Of a stretch of DNA of 64,000 nucleotides, positions 28,780 through 40,536 are shown in pieces; positions within the stretch are counted from its first letter, which is position 1, and the number at the start of each line of letters is the position of its first letter. A program made the translations under genes and the position numbers. The notes beneath the pieces are model-generated. The model was given only the letters and a program-made list of their open reading frames with translations, was not told the DNA's origin and did no database searches. Source of the DNA: an uncultured delta proteobacterium (GTDB lineage: Bacteria > Myxococcota > UBA727 > VGSZ01); the NCBI GenBank assembly GCA_963775425.1, contig CAVZJB010000011.1:864001-928000 (forward strand), written 5' to 3'.

Positions 28780-31700
28780 TCAGTCTCCTCCCGGCGCGGT
28801 CGCCATGAGCGCGAGCGCAGGATCGAGCGAGAAGGGCTCGGCCCCCGGCGCCAGGCCCATGACCACGGACACGCGATGCGCCTTGCCGTCGTCGACGAGC
28901 CGGATGCCGGCCGACGCGTCGACCGGGACGCCGTCCACACGGACCTCTTTGACGCCTTTGGAGATGCCGTCGGGGTTCCTCACATCAACGGTGTAACAAG
29001 AAGCACCCTGCTGGTGCTTGACCTCGAAGGACGGCCAACTGCGGGGGATGCACGGGTCGATGAAGAGCTTGTCCTTGTCCTTGAACTGCATCCCGAGGAT
29101 GAGCTCGATGCCGGTGCGCAAGATCCAACCGGGCCCGCCGGAGTACCAGGTCCAACCGCCCTCGCCCTTCTTCGTGCCGCCGTAGATGTCGGCGGCGACG
29201 ACGTTAGGCTCGGCGCCGTAGCGCGGATCGGACGCGTGCTGGGTGGGCAGCATCGCGTGCAACAGCTTCATCGCCCAGTCGCCGTCGCCGAGCTTGGCCA
29301 CCGCCCGCGGCAGCCAGCTCGAGCCGTGCGTGTACTGCGCGTTGTTCTCGCGAAGCCCGTTTGGATACGCGGCCAGAGAGCCGCCCCATGACTCCTTGTC
29401 GAGCACCTTGTCGAACAGCAGGATCGTCTTGGTGTCGGGGTCGTAGAGGTCGTGCACGGCGGACGCGACCGCGCTGACGCCGTGCTCGTCGCTCGCCGCG
29501 CCCGAGAGCACCGCCCACGACTGCACGATGGCGTCGTTGAAGTCCACCTTCTCGCCGTCGTCGGCGTAGGCCCTCGCGTAGTGGCCGTCCTTGTCCCAGC
29601 CGTGCTCCTCGATGTTCTTCTTCAGCGTGACCGCCGCGGCGCGGTACTTCTTTGCGGTCTCCGGGTCCGCGTGCTTGTCCGCGACGCCGGCAAACTTGTT
29701 GAGCACGTCGAAGAGGAAGAACGCGAGCCAAACGCTCTCGCCCTTGCCGAGGTGACCGACGCGATCGAGGCCGTCGTTCCAATCGCCCTTGCCGATGAGC
29801 GGCAGCCCGTGCGCGCCGATACGCGTGAGCACGAGATCGACGGCCTTCTTGGCGTGCTCGTACATGCTGGCCGTATTGTCCGAAAACGCCATGGGCTCGC
29901 AGTAGTCGAGCTCGCCGGGGTTCAGCTTCCTGCCCACGGAGAACGCCGCCTGCTCGTCGAGGATCGACAGGTCACCGGTGACGTCGGCGTAGTGAGCGAC
30001 GGCGTAGGGGAGCCACAGCAGGTTGTCGGTGATGGTGGAGCGCTGCCCGAGGTTGTTGTGGGGATGCCACCAGTGCTGCACGTCTCCCTCGACGAACTGG
30101 TGCCGAGCGGACTCGACGATGTGATCGTGCGCGACCTTCTTGAAGAGGGGGTTGCCGGTGTCGAGGAGGTTCGTGACCGTCTGGAGTTGGTCGCGGAAGC
30201 CGTAGGCGCCGCCCGATTGGTAAAAGCCCGAGCGCGCGAGGAAGTGCGCGTCGTACGCCTGATACGGCAGCCACGTGTTGAGCATGGTGTCGAGCGACGC
30301 GTCGGGTGTCTTGACCTGAAGCCCGTCGAGCCGCGCGCTCACGGCGTCGCTCGAGACCTTGAGCTCGGCGGCAACGCTCTTCACGTTCTTGAAGTTGTCG
30401 ACGACGCGCAGCGCCTCCGCCTCGTCCGCAGCCTGGCCGAGGATGAACGCGAGCTGCTTGCTTTCGCCCTTGGCCACGCGGATGTCGAGGCCGAGCCCGG
30501 AGAAGGGGTCGTCCTTGGTGCCGAACAGGTCCTTCTGGGCGACGCTGCCGTCACCGGAGCCACCGCTGCCGACGAGCGCGTGAAAGGCGACCGAGCCTTT
30601 GACGATGGAGTCCGGATCTTCCGCGAAGACCACACCGTGCTCCGCGTCGGCGGTGATGCGGGTCCGATCTCCGAGCGCCCACTTCAAGAAGCTCGCGATC
30701 TCCAGTTGGCGGTCTTGTTTGCCACCGTTGTCGACGTCGATCTTCCACAGCTCGCACGGGTCCGTCTTGGCCACGAACTGCGTCATCGACAGCGTGAGCC
30801 CGTCTTTCGCCTTGAAGACGTACTTGATGCTCCCGGGCAACATCTCGACCTCGTACGTCCCGTCCGCCGCCGGCGCCGGGTTCGGCGCGATGGAGAACGA
30901 CTCGCCGGTGACCTTGTCCTTCACGACCACGCCACGGAGCGGGAGCTCGGTGGTGTTGTCCGGCGTGTAGGGCGTGATGCGGTTTTGTTGGCTGTTGGTG
31001 CCGAAGCTGTACGCCCAGCCCCCGGCGCTGGCGACGAAGCCGAAGCGGCCGTTGGAGGCCACCATCGACCACGGCTTCTTGGTGGCGAACGGGTCCGTGA
31101 CGACGAGCTTTCGGCCACCGTCCTCGAAGCGGTGGATGGCTTGTCCCGCGGGGACCTGCGGCGCGCGGGGCGTCGGCGGCGCGCGTTGGATGCGCAGCGC
31201 GCGCTCGGTGCGGGCCTCGAGCTCGGCCATCTTTTTGTGCGACGCGTCGGGCGGGTAGTGCGGGACGCCGTGCTCGACGGTGGGCATGGACGCGCGCTTG
31301 ATGAGGCCGGGGATGGCGGCCTTGTCGTCGGAGATGCCGAACACGAACGCGACCTCGCGCTTTTCGCCCTTCTTCACGTGGAGGGACCTGGACAAAGCCG
31401 CGGCCGGATCGAGGGTGGCGCCGAATTCACCCTCGGCGGAGAGCGTCCCTTCGACGACGGCGCGCGGCGCGGCCAGCGTGCCGAGGCGGCCGAGGATGTT
31501 GGTGCGGCTGCTGCCGACCCCCTCGGGTTTTTGATTGCCCGCGACCGCGAAGAAGCCGAAGGGTTGGCGGTCTTGATCGGGGCCCTGCATCGTGCGTCGA
31601 CGGGCGATGACCGCGCCGCTGTCCTTGTCCTGCTCCGTCTCCACGTAGAGGTTCCGGTACACCGGATGATTCAAGTACGCGTTGACGTCGTCCATGATCC

Positions 31701-33585
31701 AGTCGAGATAGCCGGTGACGGTGAGATCGAGATCGGCGCCCGACGTGTTGTCGACGCTGACGCGGGAGACCTTCACGCGCGCGTCCGCGGACACCGCGAT
31801 GTCCACGGCGACCACACCCACGCCCTTGACGTCGTATTCGAAGCGGCGGCCGCCCTCCGAGGTCATCGTGCGATCGGGCGCGTCGAGGTCGATGGGCAAG
31901 AGCTGACCGCTCTTGTTGTCCCGCAGGTAGAAGACCTCGTTGTTGGCGCACGCGTAGGTCTCCGCGGCCCACGTGGAGCCGCCGACCTTCTTGACGTTGG
32001 AGACGAAGCGTCCGTTGCCGACAATCTCCGCCTTGTCATAGGTGAGCTGCGGCTCATACGCGTACGCGTTGGTGATCGCCGCCGAGGTCGCGCGGGTGCT
32101 GTCCGGCTTTCGGTATGCGCTTACGCGAGTGGCCAACAGCGACTCGAGCGTGTTGTCCTTGTTGAACTCGGAGTTGTGGAACCAGTCGGTGACGACGTCA
32201 TCGAGCAGCACGGCGGCGGAGCCGATGAGCCCCATGCCGATGTGGTGCGCGAAGAACTGCTTGCAGACCTGGTAGTCGAACGACTCGCCCTGCGGCCGCA
32301 CGGTGGCGGACTCGTAAAAGCCGTACTTGCCGCGCAGCCCGAGCCTGGTCATCTCCTCGAGGTTCTCCTTCACGTTGTGGGGGGCGAGCGCAGTGGCCAT
32401 CTGCGACGCATAGGGCGCGATGACGTCGAGGCCCGCGGGGAGGAACTCCTTGGACTGCGACAGCCCGCGCGCGCCGAACGCGGCGTAGCCCTGCGAGGTG
32501 TTGGAGTTGGCCTCGGACTTCCCCCAGATGCCGCCGGACAGCTCACTCATCTGGATGAAGACCGCGTGCTCGTCGGCTTTGCCGAGGGGCGTGCCGTCGT
32601 GCTTCATGAGCAGGCGCGGCGTGAGGTACTCGAACATGGTCCCCGTGTACGCCTGCATGGGCTGGTCTTTGTCGACCTGCAGGCCGTCGATCTCCTTGTC
32701 GAGCTTGGGCTTGAGGTTGCGCCACGCGTCCTTGGGGATCTGCCCGAGCATGATGGCGACGGCGTAGGCGGAGCGCGACTCGCTGATCAGCGTGTCGTAG
32801 TAGCCCTGCGTGAGGTTCAGTTGTCCGTTTTGGACGTTGCCGCCGTGGTGCAGCAGCCCCTTGTCCTTGTCGTAGAAGATGTCGAAGCGCATCTTCTGCG
32901 CCATCGCCTTGATCTCGCTCGCCAGCGCGGGGTCGGCGTCCTTCACCGCCGTGACGACGGCCAACAGGAACGCCGCGAGGTTGCCGTTGTCGACGGCGGA
33001 GACGAAGCCGGCGCCGATCTCCTTGGGCTCGCCGTCGATGCTGTACCAGTTGTACAGGTGCTCCACCTCGTGCGTGACGCCGGCGTCGTCGACGACGGTG
33101 CCCTCGTACTTCGGGAGCTTCTTCAACGTCTCGACGGTGTCGTGGAGGCGGCGCAGCACCTCCGGCTGGCCGACGAGCCCGAGCTTCATCGAGGTGACGG
33201 CCGACAGCATGTACAGCCCGATGTTGGTGGGCGACGTACGCTTGTCGACGACGACGGGCTTGCCCGCCTCCACCGTCACGTTGTCGGGCGGAAGGTGGTT
33301 CGTGCCCGGGCCCGCTTGATCCGCGTAGAACTGCCACTGCTCTCGCAAGACGTCGAGGAAGTAGCGCTGGAGCTCCGCCGCGTGCGGGCTCTGCTTATCG
33401 AGCTGCTTGCCGTTGACGCGCTTCGCCGGCGGAGCACCCGCCACGAACGCGTCCGGGCCCTCCGGCACGCCCGTCGTCGTCGCTGTGGGCGTCGTCGTCG
33501 TGCTCGCCGTGGCGGTTTGCGTCGCGCCGAGCTCCTTCGCTGCAGGGGGCTTGCGGACGCTCTGGCGGTCGATCGGCGTGGGCAT
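28780..33585 (-). CDS. Stand-alone C-terminal half of cyclic beta-1,2-glucan synthase (glycoamylase/GH189-like + GH94 phosphorylase)
   Basis: LPPDN, RTSPTNIGL, VSAVDNGNL, ISESR, GTMFEYL; FYQSGGAYGFRDQLQ, GDWNDG, GESVWL, RENNAQYTH. No GT84 or TM region. Confidence 0.88.
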   Translation of the reverse strand: MPTPIDRQSVRKPPAAKELGATQTATASTTTTPTATTTGVPEGPDAFVAGAPPAKRVNGKQLDKQSPHAAELQRYFLDVLREQWQFYADQAGPGTNHLPPDNVTVEAGKPVVVDKRTSPTNIGLYMLSAVTSMKLGLVGQPEVLRRLHDTVETLKKLPKYEGTVVDDAGVTHEVEHLYNWYSIDGEPKEIGAGFVSAVDNGNLAAFLLAVVTAVKDADPALASEIKAMAQKMRFDIFYDKDKGLLHHGGNVQNGQLNLTQGYYDTLISESRSAYAVAIMLGQIPKDAWRNLKPKLDKEIDGLQVDKDQPMQAYTGTMFEYLTPRLLMKHDGTPLGKADEHAVFIQMSELSGGIWGKSEANSNTSQGYAAFGARGLSQSKEFLPAGLDVIAPYASQMATALAPHNVKENLEEMTRLGLRGKYGFYESATVRPQGESFDYQVCKQFFAHHIGMGLIGSAAVLLDDVVTDWFHNSEFNKDNTLESLLATRVSAYRKPDSTRATSAAITNAYAYEPQLTYDKAEIVGNGRFVSNVKKVGGSTWAAETYACANNEVFYLRDNKSGQLLPIDLDAPDRTMTSEGGRRFEYDVKGVGVVAVDIAVSADARVKVSRVSVDNTSGADLDLTVTGYLDWIMDDVNAYLNHPVYRNLYVETEQDKDSGAVIARRRTMQGPDQDRQPFGFFAVAGNQKPEGVGSSRTNILGRLGTLAAPRAVVEGTLSAEGEFGATLDPAAALSRSLHVKKGEKREVAFVFGISDDKAAIPGLIKRASMPTVEHGVPHYPPDASHKKMAELEARTERALRIQRAPPTPRAPQVPAGQAIHRFEDGGRKLVVTDPFATKKPWSMVASNGRFGFVASAGGWAYSFGTNSQQNRITPYTPDNTTELPLRGVVVKDKVTGESFSIAPNPAPAADGTYEVEMLPGSIKYVFKAKDGLTLSMTQFVAKTDPCELWKIDVDNGGKQDRQLEIASFLKWALGDRTRITADAEHGVVFAEDPDSIVKGSVAFHALVGSGGSGDGSVAQKDLFGTKDDPFSGLGLDIRVAKGESKQLAFILGQAADEAEALRVVDNFKNVKSVAAELKVSSDAVSARLDGLQVKTPDASLDTMLNTWLPYQAYDAHFLARSGFYQSGGAYGFRDQLQTVTNLLDTGNPLFKKVAHDHIVESARHQFVEGDVQHWWHPHNNLGQRSTITDNLLWLPYAVAHYADVTGDLSILDEQAAFSVGRKLNPGELDYCEPMAFSDNTASMYEHAKKAVDLVLTRIGAHGLPLIGKGDWNDGLDRVGHLGKGESVWLAFFLFDVLNKFAGVADKHADPETAKKYRAAAVTLKKNIEEHGWDKDGHYARAYADDGEKVDFNDAIVQSWAVLSGAASDEHGVSAVASAVHDLYDPDTKTILLFDKVLDKESWGGSLAAYPNGLRENNAQYTHGSSWLPRAVAKLGDGDWAMKLLHAMLPTQHASDPRYGAEPNVVAADIYGGTKKGEGGWTWYSGGPGWILRTGIELILGMQFKDKDKLFIDPCIPRSWPSFEVKHQQGASCYTVDVRNPDGISKGVKEVRVDGVPVDASAGIRLVDDGKAHRVSVVMGLAPGAEPFSLDPALALMATAPGGD

Positions 33586-33703
33586 TGCGCACGGTAAAAT
33601 GGTGGTCCGAGGACCGCCAGTCGACAAACCCGTGGGGCCTCGGCGCCGGCGCCCGGTTCCCGCGCGCCGGCCGGCGTCGTAGGCGGCACGCGAGAGGTGC
33701 GAC

Positions 33704-34144
33704 ATGACATCGACGAGCAAGATCGTGCACCGTGGCTCCTGCCTGTGCGGCGCAGTGCGCCTCGAGCTCGCCGGCGCGCTGCCGGCGCCGGACGCGTGCC
33801 ATTGCACGCAGTGCCGGAAGTGGACCGGTCACTACTACGCCGGAGCCGACGTGCCTCGGTCGGCGCTCACCATCGAGGGCGCCGAGAACGTCACGTGGTA
33901 CCGGTCGTCGGAGAAGGTCCGGCGCGGCTTCTGCGCGAGGTGCGGCGCCTCGCTGTTCTTCGACCCGATCGATCAGGCCAAGCACGCGTGGATCGGCGTG
34001 TCGATGGGCGCGTTCGACCCGCCGACCGGCACGAAGCTCGCCGTCCACATCTTCGTCGCCGACAAGGGCGACTACTACGACATCGCCGACGGCGTCCCGC
34101 AGCACCAGCAGGCGCCGCGCCCCCCTGCGCCCACCGCCGGGTGA
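33704..34144 (+). CDS. GFA family protein
   Basis: GSCLCGAV, CHCTQCRK, FCARCG motifs. Confidence 0.92.
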   Translation: MTSTSKIVHRGSCLCGAVRLELAGALPAPDACHCTQCRKWTGHYYAGADVPRSALTIEGAENVTWYRSSEKVRRGFCARCGASLFFDPIDQAKHAWIGVSMGAFDPPTGTKLAVHIFVADKGDYYDIADGVPQHQQAPRPPAPTAG

Positions 34145-34159
34145 GCCGTCCCCGGAGCG

Positions 34160-34971
34160 CTACAGGCCCAACGCGCGCGCGTGATACCGCAGGTGGTCTT
34201 CCACGAAGGTCTGCACGAAGTAGTACCCGTGGTCGTAGCCCTCGTGCATCCGCAGCGTGACTGCATCGCCGAGGAGCTCGGGCATGAGCTGCGCGGTGAG
34301 GAACTTGTCGCCGCTGCCCTGGTCCACGAGCGGCTTAGCGCCCGTGAACGCGCGCGTCTTCAACAGCTCCACGGCGTCGTGCTCCGCCCAGCGCGCGCGG
34401 TCGTCGCCGAAGAACCTCGTGAACGCGTTCACGCCCCACGGCGCGCGCGAGGGGGCGCACATGGGAGCGAACGCCGACGCGCTCGCGTACAGCTCGGGGT
34501 GCCGCAGCGCGAGCGTGAGCGCGCCGTGGCCGCCCACCGAGTGGCCGCAGAGGCCGCGCGCGTCGGTGCGAACGGCGAAATTCACCTCGACCACCGCGCG
34601 CAGCTCGCCGGTGACGTACGTCTCCATGCGGTACGCGTCCGACCACGGAGCCTCGGTGGCGTCGACGTAGAAGCCGGCGCCGAGGCCGAAGTCCCACGAG
34701 GCGTCGTCGCCGGGGATGCGCCTGGTGCGCGGGCTGGTGTCGGGCGTGACGAGCGCGAGCCCGAGCGCCGCCGCCGTCCGCTGCGCGCCCGCCTTGATCG
34801 CGAACGTCTCCTCGTTGCACTCGAGCCCCGCCAAGTACGTCAGCGACGGCACCCGCGCGCCGCCGCGCGCCGCGCCCGGCATGAACACGCCGAAGCGCAT
34901 CGTGCCGAGCGCGCTGTCGTGCTCGTAGAAGCCCTGCGTGCCACCGAAGCAGGGGCGCTCGCTCAAGACCT

Positions 34972-34975
<4 letters not shown>
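34160..34975 (-). CDS. fghA: S-formylglutathione hydrolase
   Basis: CFGG, PDTSPR, WDFGLGAGFYVDAT, GHSVGGHG, GYDHGYYF; GTG start overlapping the frmA stop. Confidence 0.93.
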
Positions 34976-36093
<1,118 letters not shown>

Positions 36094-36143
36094 GTCGAAG
36101 GCGCCGCCCCGTTGTCACGTGCACGATCGAGCGGCCCGGGGGC

Positions 36144-37241
36144 TCACCGGAGCGCGTCGATGAACTCCGTGACGGCGGCGACGAAGCCGTCGGGCTCGTC
36201 CCACATGGCGAAGTGCGAGGCGTGCTCGAGGACCACCATGCGGCTCGGCGGCTTGTCGGCGGCGAAGGCGTCGAACGTGGCCTGCGGCACCGCCACGGGC
36301 ACCGCGAAGTCGAAGCGCCCGGCGAGCACGAGGGCCGGCACGGGGATCGTCGACACGTCCTCCGGGCTCAGCGCCACGCCGTCGAAGTCGAAGCGCGCCT
36401 CGAAGCCCGCGGTGTTCGATCCGTACGCGAGCGCGTCGAAGGTGCCGAACGCAGTGTCCTCCACGCCCCGCTGCTCGAGGAACGACTCCATGGCGCTCGT
36501 CGACGCCGGCAGGTCGAAGCCACGCTCGGCGAGATCCATGGTCACGTATTGCGCGTGCGTGGAGCGATCGGGCTCCTGCCGCGGGAAGTCGGGGTGCGCG
36601 TCGTAGAACGCGACCGCGTCCGACCACGAGTCGCGCTCGGCGCGCGGGCGCTTGTCGTCCTGCGAGAATTGCAGGGCGTCGGCGCGCACCGTCGCCGCGG
36701 TGACGTCGTACGCCTCGGGCAAATTGCGGCCGCCGCAGACGTCGACGTAGCCGGCGATGCCGTCGGCGCGCGCGGGGTCGCGCAGGAACGCCAGGGACAG
36801 CCCGCCGCCGAGGCTGTGGCCCAGCATCACCAGGCGCGGCGGGTGGTATCGGTCGCGGACCGCCGCCAGCACGAGGCCGAGGTCGTGGACCGACTCGTCC
36901 AGGGTGAGCCTGGCGCCCGCGGCGTCGCCCTGGCTCATGCCCGCGCCCCGTTGGTCCCAGTAGACGAAGGCGTAGCGCTGCTCGAGCGCGTCGAACGCCG
37001 GCATCCAGTCGTAGAGCTTGCCGCTCGAGCCCGCGCCGTGTTGCACCAGGACAAAGGTGTCGGCGTTCCTGTCGCCCTGGAGCCACACGGGCAAATCGGC
37101 GCCGTCTGTGTGAACGAAGAACGCGTCCTCGACGCCCGGGTTGCAGCCGGCGAGCGCGCAGCCGCCCAGTGCCCAACCGACGAGCGCCCGACCGGCGAGC
37201 GCCCGACCGGCGAGCGAGCGCGCGGAGCTCGTGCGGCTCAC
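36144..37241 (-). CDS. Alpha/beta hydrolase lipoprotein (proline-iminopeptidase-like)
   Basis: LAGC lipobox; HGAG, WDQRGAG, GHSLGG, GRFD, SHF; GTG start overlapping the upstream stop. Confidence 0.82.
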   Translation of the reverse strand: MSRTSSARSLAGRALAGRALVGWALGGCALAGCNPGVEDAFFVHTDGADLPVWLQGDRNADTFVLVQHGAGSSGKLYDWMPAFDALEQRYAFVYWDQRGAGMSQGDAAGARLTLDESVHDLGLVLAAVRDRYHPPRLVMLGHSLGGGLSLAFLRDPARADGIAGYVDVCGGRNLPEAYDVTAATVRADALQFSQDDKRPRAERDSWSDAVAFYDAHPDFPRQEPDRSTHAQYVTMDLAERGFDLPASTSAMESFLEQRGVEDTAFGTFDALAYGSNTAGFEARFDFDGVALSPEDVSTIPVPALVLAGRFDFAVPVAVPQATFDAFAADKPPSRMVVLEHASHFAMWDEPDGFVAAVTEFIDALR

Positions 37242-37792
37242 GGCGCCACCGACAGCGTCCAGGCCACACCGGCCGACAACGCCGCCACCGGCAGCCACGC
37301 CTGGTTCACCGTGGTGCGCTCCCAGCCGTCGACGCGCACGAAGAGCCGGTCCGGCCACGGGCCGCCGGCGCCGAGCTGCCACCCCGCGCCGAGGGCGAGG
37401 CCCGCCATGAAGGTCGGCCGCCCGGCGTCGGTGCCGACGGCGACGCCGCCGCTCCTGGTCTCGACGTAGACCGGCCCCGCGAGGAAGCGCTCGTGGACGC
37501 CGGCGCTCCCGAGGAGCTCGCCGTACAGCCCGAAGGGCGCCGTCACGCGCCAGCCCGTCTGTGCGAGCGCGAGGAGTCCGGTGTGGTGCCCGAAGTGATC
37601 GTAGCCGCCGGCGCGCGCGCCGAGGACGAACGCGTGGGGCCCGCACACGACGAGGGGCTCCTCGACGTCGACGAACGCCCCTGGGTGGGTGACCGCCTCG
37701 CCGAGCCAGCCGGCGGACACCGTCAGCGTGTGTGGCGCTACGGGTTGCGCGGAGGCGGCGGACAGGACGAGCAGCAACGCGGCCGGCGGCAT
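37238..37792 (-). CDS. Hypothetical secreted / small outer-membrane beta-barrel protein
   Basis: Signal-like N-terminus, amphipathic strands, C-terminal aromatic strand; coupled to the hydrolase gene. Confidence 0.55.
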   Translation of the reverse strand: MPPAALLLVLSAASAQPVAPHTLTVSAGWLGEAVTHPGAFVDVEEPLVVCGPHAFVLGARAGGYDHFGHHTGLLALAQTGWRVTAPFGLYGELLGSAGVHERFLAGPVYVETRSGGVAVGTDAGRPTFMAGLALGAGWQLGAGGPWPDRLFVRVDGWERTTVNQAWLPVAALSAGVAWTLSVAP

Positions 37793-37884
37793 CCCGCGAG
37801 CATAACGCGCTCGTGCGCTCCGCCCGGCGCCCCCATGGGGTGGGCGCCCCGCTCGGGGACGTCTCGTGCGAGTCTCCCTCGCGG

Positions 37885-38694
37885 ATGCACCCCTGGCTCT
37901 GGATCGCGGTCACCATCATCCTCGACGGCATCGCCGGCCTCGCCGGTGGCCTCTTCTCCGACCGGTGGCTGGCGCGGTTCGAGTCGCTGCTGATCGGCTT
38001 CGCCGCGGGCGCGCTGGTGGCGGCGGCGTTCTTCGACGTGCTGCCCGAGGCGGTGGAGGAGTACGGCCACAACGCGTTGATGTGGGCGTTCGCCGGGTTC
38101 GTGGTGAGCGCGCTCCTCGAGTGGGTGCTCGGCCACCACCACGCCGCGCACTCACACGACCACGCCTACGAAGACGGGGCCCCGAGCGCCGCGGCGCCCG
38201 ACCAGGCGCCGCCGGAGCACACGCACGGCGCGCCGGGCATCCGCGGGCGCGCGTTGCCCTGGACGCTGCTTGGCTCGGACGCGCTGCACAACATCGGCGA
38301 CGGCGCCGCCATCGCCGCGGCGTTCCTCGTGTCCACGCACGCCGGCATCGGCGTCGCCCTCGCCGTGATCGTCCACGAGATCCCGCAGGAGGTCGGCGAC
38401 TACGCGCTCCTCAGGAACGCGGGCTTCACGCGCGGCCGCGCGCTGTTGAGCCTCGCCGCCGTGCAGCTCACCGCCGCCGCCGGCGCCGCTGCGGTGGCGC
38501 TCGCGTCCACCGGCGTCAAGGCGGTCATCCCCGTGGTGCTGTCGGTCGCCGCCGGCACGTTCCTCTACATCGGCGCCACGGACCTGTTGCCCGAGGTGCA
38601 CTCGGGCCACTCGCCGCACGATCGGCGCGTGCGCATGCTCGGGTTCCTCGCCGGCCTCGCCGTCGTCGTCGTCGTCGGCCTGATCGAGCGCTGA
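37885..38694 (+). CDS. ZIP family metal transporter
   Basis: His-rich loop; DALHNIGDG, HEIPQEVGD, FLYIGATDLLPE. Confidence 0.92.
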   Translation: MHPWLWIAVTIILDGIAGLAGGLFSDRWLARFESLLIGFAAGALVAAAFFDVLPEAVEEYGHNALMWAFAGFVVSALLEWVLGHHHAAHSHDHAYEDGAPSAAAPDQAPPEHTHGAPGIRGRALPWTLLGSDALHNIGDGAAIAAAFLVSTHAGIGVALAVIVHEIPQEVGDYALLRNAGFTRGRALLSLAAVQLTAAAGAAAVALASTGVKAVIPVVLSVAAGTFLYIGATDLLPEVHSGHSPHDRRVRMLGFLAGLAVVVVVGLIER

Positions 38695-38695
38695 G

Positions 38696-40510
38696 GTGAG
38701 CGAAGGCTGGGAGGCCGGCGGCAGACACGGGCGCGGCGGCGTGGACCCGAGGACGCTGCCGCGGCTGTCGTCGGTCGAGGTGCCCTATCGACGCATCGCG
38801 CGGCTGTTCTCGCCCTATGGCTCGCGCCTCGCGGCTGCGTTCGGGCTCTCTGTCGTCGCCGCGGGCCTGAGCCTCCTGCCGCCGCTCGCGATGAAGGAGA
38901 TCGTCGACGTCGCCGTCAAGACGGCCGACACCCGGCTGCTCCTCGGCATGGCCTCGGTGTTGGTGGCGGCGCCGCTGCTCGCCGGCATGTTCGGCGTGGT
39001 CCAGGATCGACAAAACGCCTACGTGGGCCAGGCGGTGATGCGCGACCTGCGCCTCGCGATGTTCCGCGCCGTCGAGCGGCAGGGCGTCGAATTCTTCGCG
39101 CAGACCAAGGCCGGAGAGCTCGTGCAGCGCCTCACCGGTGACGTGCACTTCGTCCAGGGCGTGGTGACGGGGACGCTGGTCGAGGCCGCCACGCAGCTCG
39201 TCGCCGTGGTCGCCACGCTCGTCATCCTGTTCGTGCTCGACTGGCGGCTCGCGGTGCTGGCCGCCGTGATCGTGCCGCTGTTCGCGCTGCCCCTGCGGCA
39301 GGTCAACCGCAGCCGCCGCACCATCCGCCTCGAGGCGCAGCGCGCGCGCTCCGAGATGGCGGGCCTCATCACCGAGGTGTTCGGCGTGTCCGGCGCGCTC
39401 CTCGCGCGCGTGTTCTCGCGCGAAGACCACGTCGAGGCGCGCTTCTCGGGTGTCAACGAGCACGTGATGGGGCTCGAGCTCCGCTTCGCGTACATCGCGC
39501 GCTGGTTCGCGCTGTTGACCTCGACGTTGGCGCCGTTGGCCACGGCGGCGCTCTTCTTGTACGGCGGCCTGCGTGTGATGCACCACGAGATGACCATCGG
39601 CGCGGTCATCGCGTTCGCGGCGTACCTGGCGCAGCTCCTCGGGCCCACCGCCAAGCTCTTCAACGTCCACGTCGACGTGTCGGCGGCGGCGGTGGTCTTC
39701 GTGCGGCTGTTCGAGGTGCTCGACCTGCCGCCGCCGTTTCGGTCCCGCGCCGGCGTGCGGCTGGGGCCGGTGGAGGGGCGGATCGCGCTGCGCGACGTGA
39801 GCTACCGCTATCCCGGCGGCCCCCGCGTGCTCGAGCACGTCTCGTTCGACATCGCGCCGGGGAGCGTGGTGGCGCTGGTGGGCCCTTCGGGGGCGGGCAA
39901 GTCCACCCTCGCGCTGCTGCTCGCACGGCTGGTGGACGCGGAGGAGGGCACCATCACCGTCGACGGCGTCGACGTGAAGGACGTGGAGCCCGAGTCGTTG
40001 CGGCGGCAGGTGGTGTTCGTGCCGCAGGACCCGTTCTTGTTTCACACCACGCTCGAGGAGAACCTGCGCTTCGCCAGGCCCGACGCCTCCGACGCCGACA
40101 TGCGGGACGCGCTGCGCCGCGCGCGCCTCGGTGACGTCGTCGAGGCGCTGCCCGCCAAGCTCGAGACCATCGTGGGCGAGCGCGGCCATCGCTTCTCCGG
40201 CGGCGAGCGCCAGCGCATCGCCATCGCCCGCGCCATGCTCGCGGACCCGCGCGTGCTCGTGCTCGACGAGGCCACCGCCCACCTCGACGCGGCCTCCGAG
40301 AGCGCGGTGCGCGACGCCGTCGCCGCGCTCATGGCCGGGCGCACCACGGTGGTCATCGCCCACCGGCTCTCGACCATCGTGTCCGCCGACGACATCGTCG
40401 TCCTCGACCACGGCCGCGTCGTCGAGCGCGGCACCCACCGCGAGCTGCTGGAGCGCGGCGGCGTGTACAAGGAGCTCTACCGCACGCAGGAACTCGCAAG
40501 GGACGCCTGA
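38696..40510 (+). CDS. ABC exporter, fused permease/ATPase
   Basis: TM domain; [29 protein letters not shown]. Confidence 0.93.
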   Translation: MSEGWEAGGRHGRGGVDPRTLPRLSSVEVPYRRIARLFSPYGSRLAAAFGLSVVAAGLSLLPPLAMKEIVDVAVKTADTRLLLGMASVLVAAPLLAGMFGVVQDRQNAYVGQAVMRDLRLAMFRAVERQGVEFFAQTKAGELVQRLTGDVHFVQGVVTGTLVEAATQLVAVVATLVILFVLDWRLAVLAAVIVPLFALPLRQVNRSRRTIRLEAQRARSEMAGLITEVFGVSGALLARVFSREDHVEARFSGVNEHVMGLELRFAYIARWFALLTSTLAPLATAALFLYGGLRVMHHEMTIGAVIAFAAYLAQLLGPTAKLFNVHVDVSAAAVVFVRLFEVLDLPPPFRSRAGVRLGPVEGRIALRDVSYRYPGGPRVLEHVSFDIAPGSVVALVGPSGAGKSTLALLLARLVDAEEGTITVDGVDVKDVEPESLRRQVVFVPQDPFLFHTTLEENLRFARPDASDADMRDALRRARLGDVVEALPAKLETIVGERGHRFSGGERQRIAIARAMLADPRVLVLDEATAHLDAASESAVRDAVAALMAGRTTVVIAHRLSTIVSADDIVVLDHGRVVERGTHRELLERGGVYKELYRTQELARDA

Positions 40511-40536
40511 ACGACGCGCCGCTCCGTTCGGGTCAA

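Noticed and set aside
37181-37215. 15-bp tandem repeat GAGCGCCCGACCGGC
   Set aside because: A simple in-frame duplication (LAGRA) in a signal-peptide n-region.
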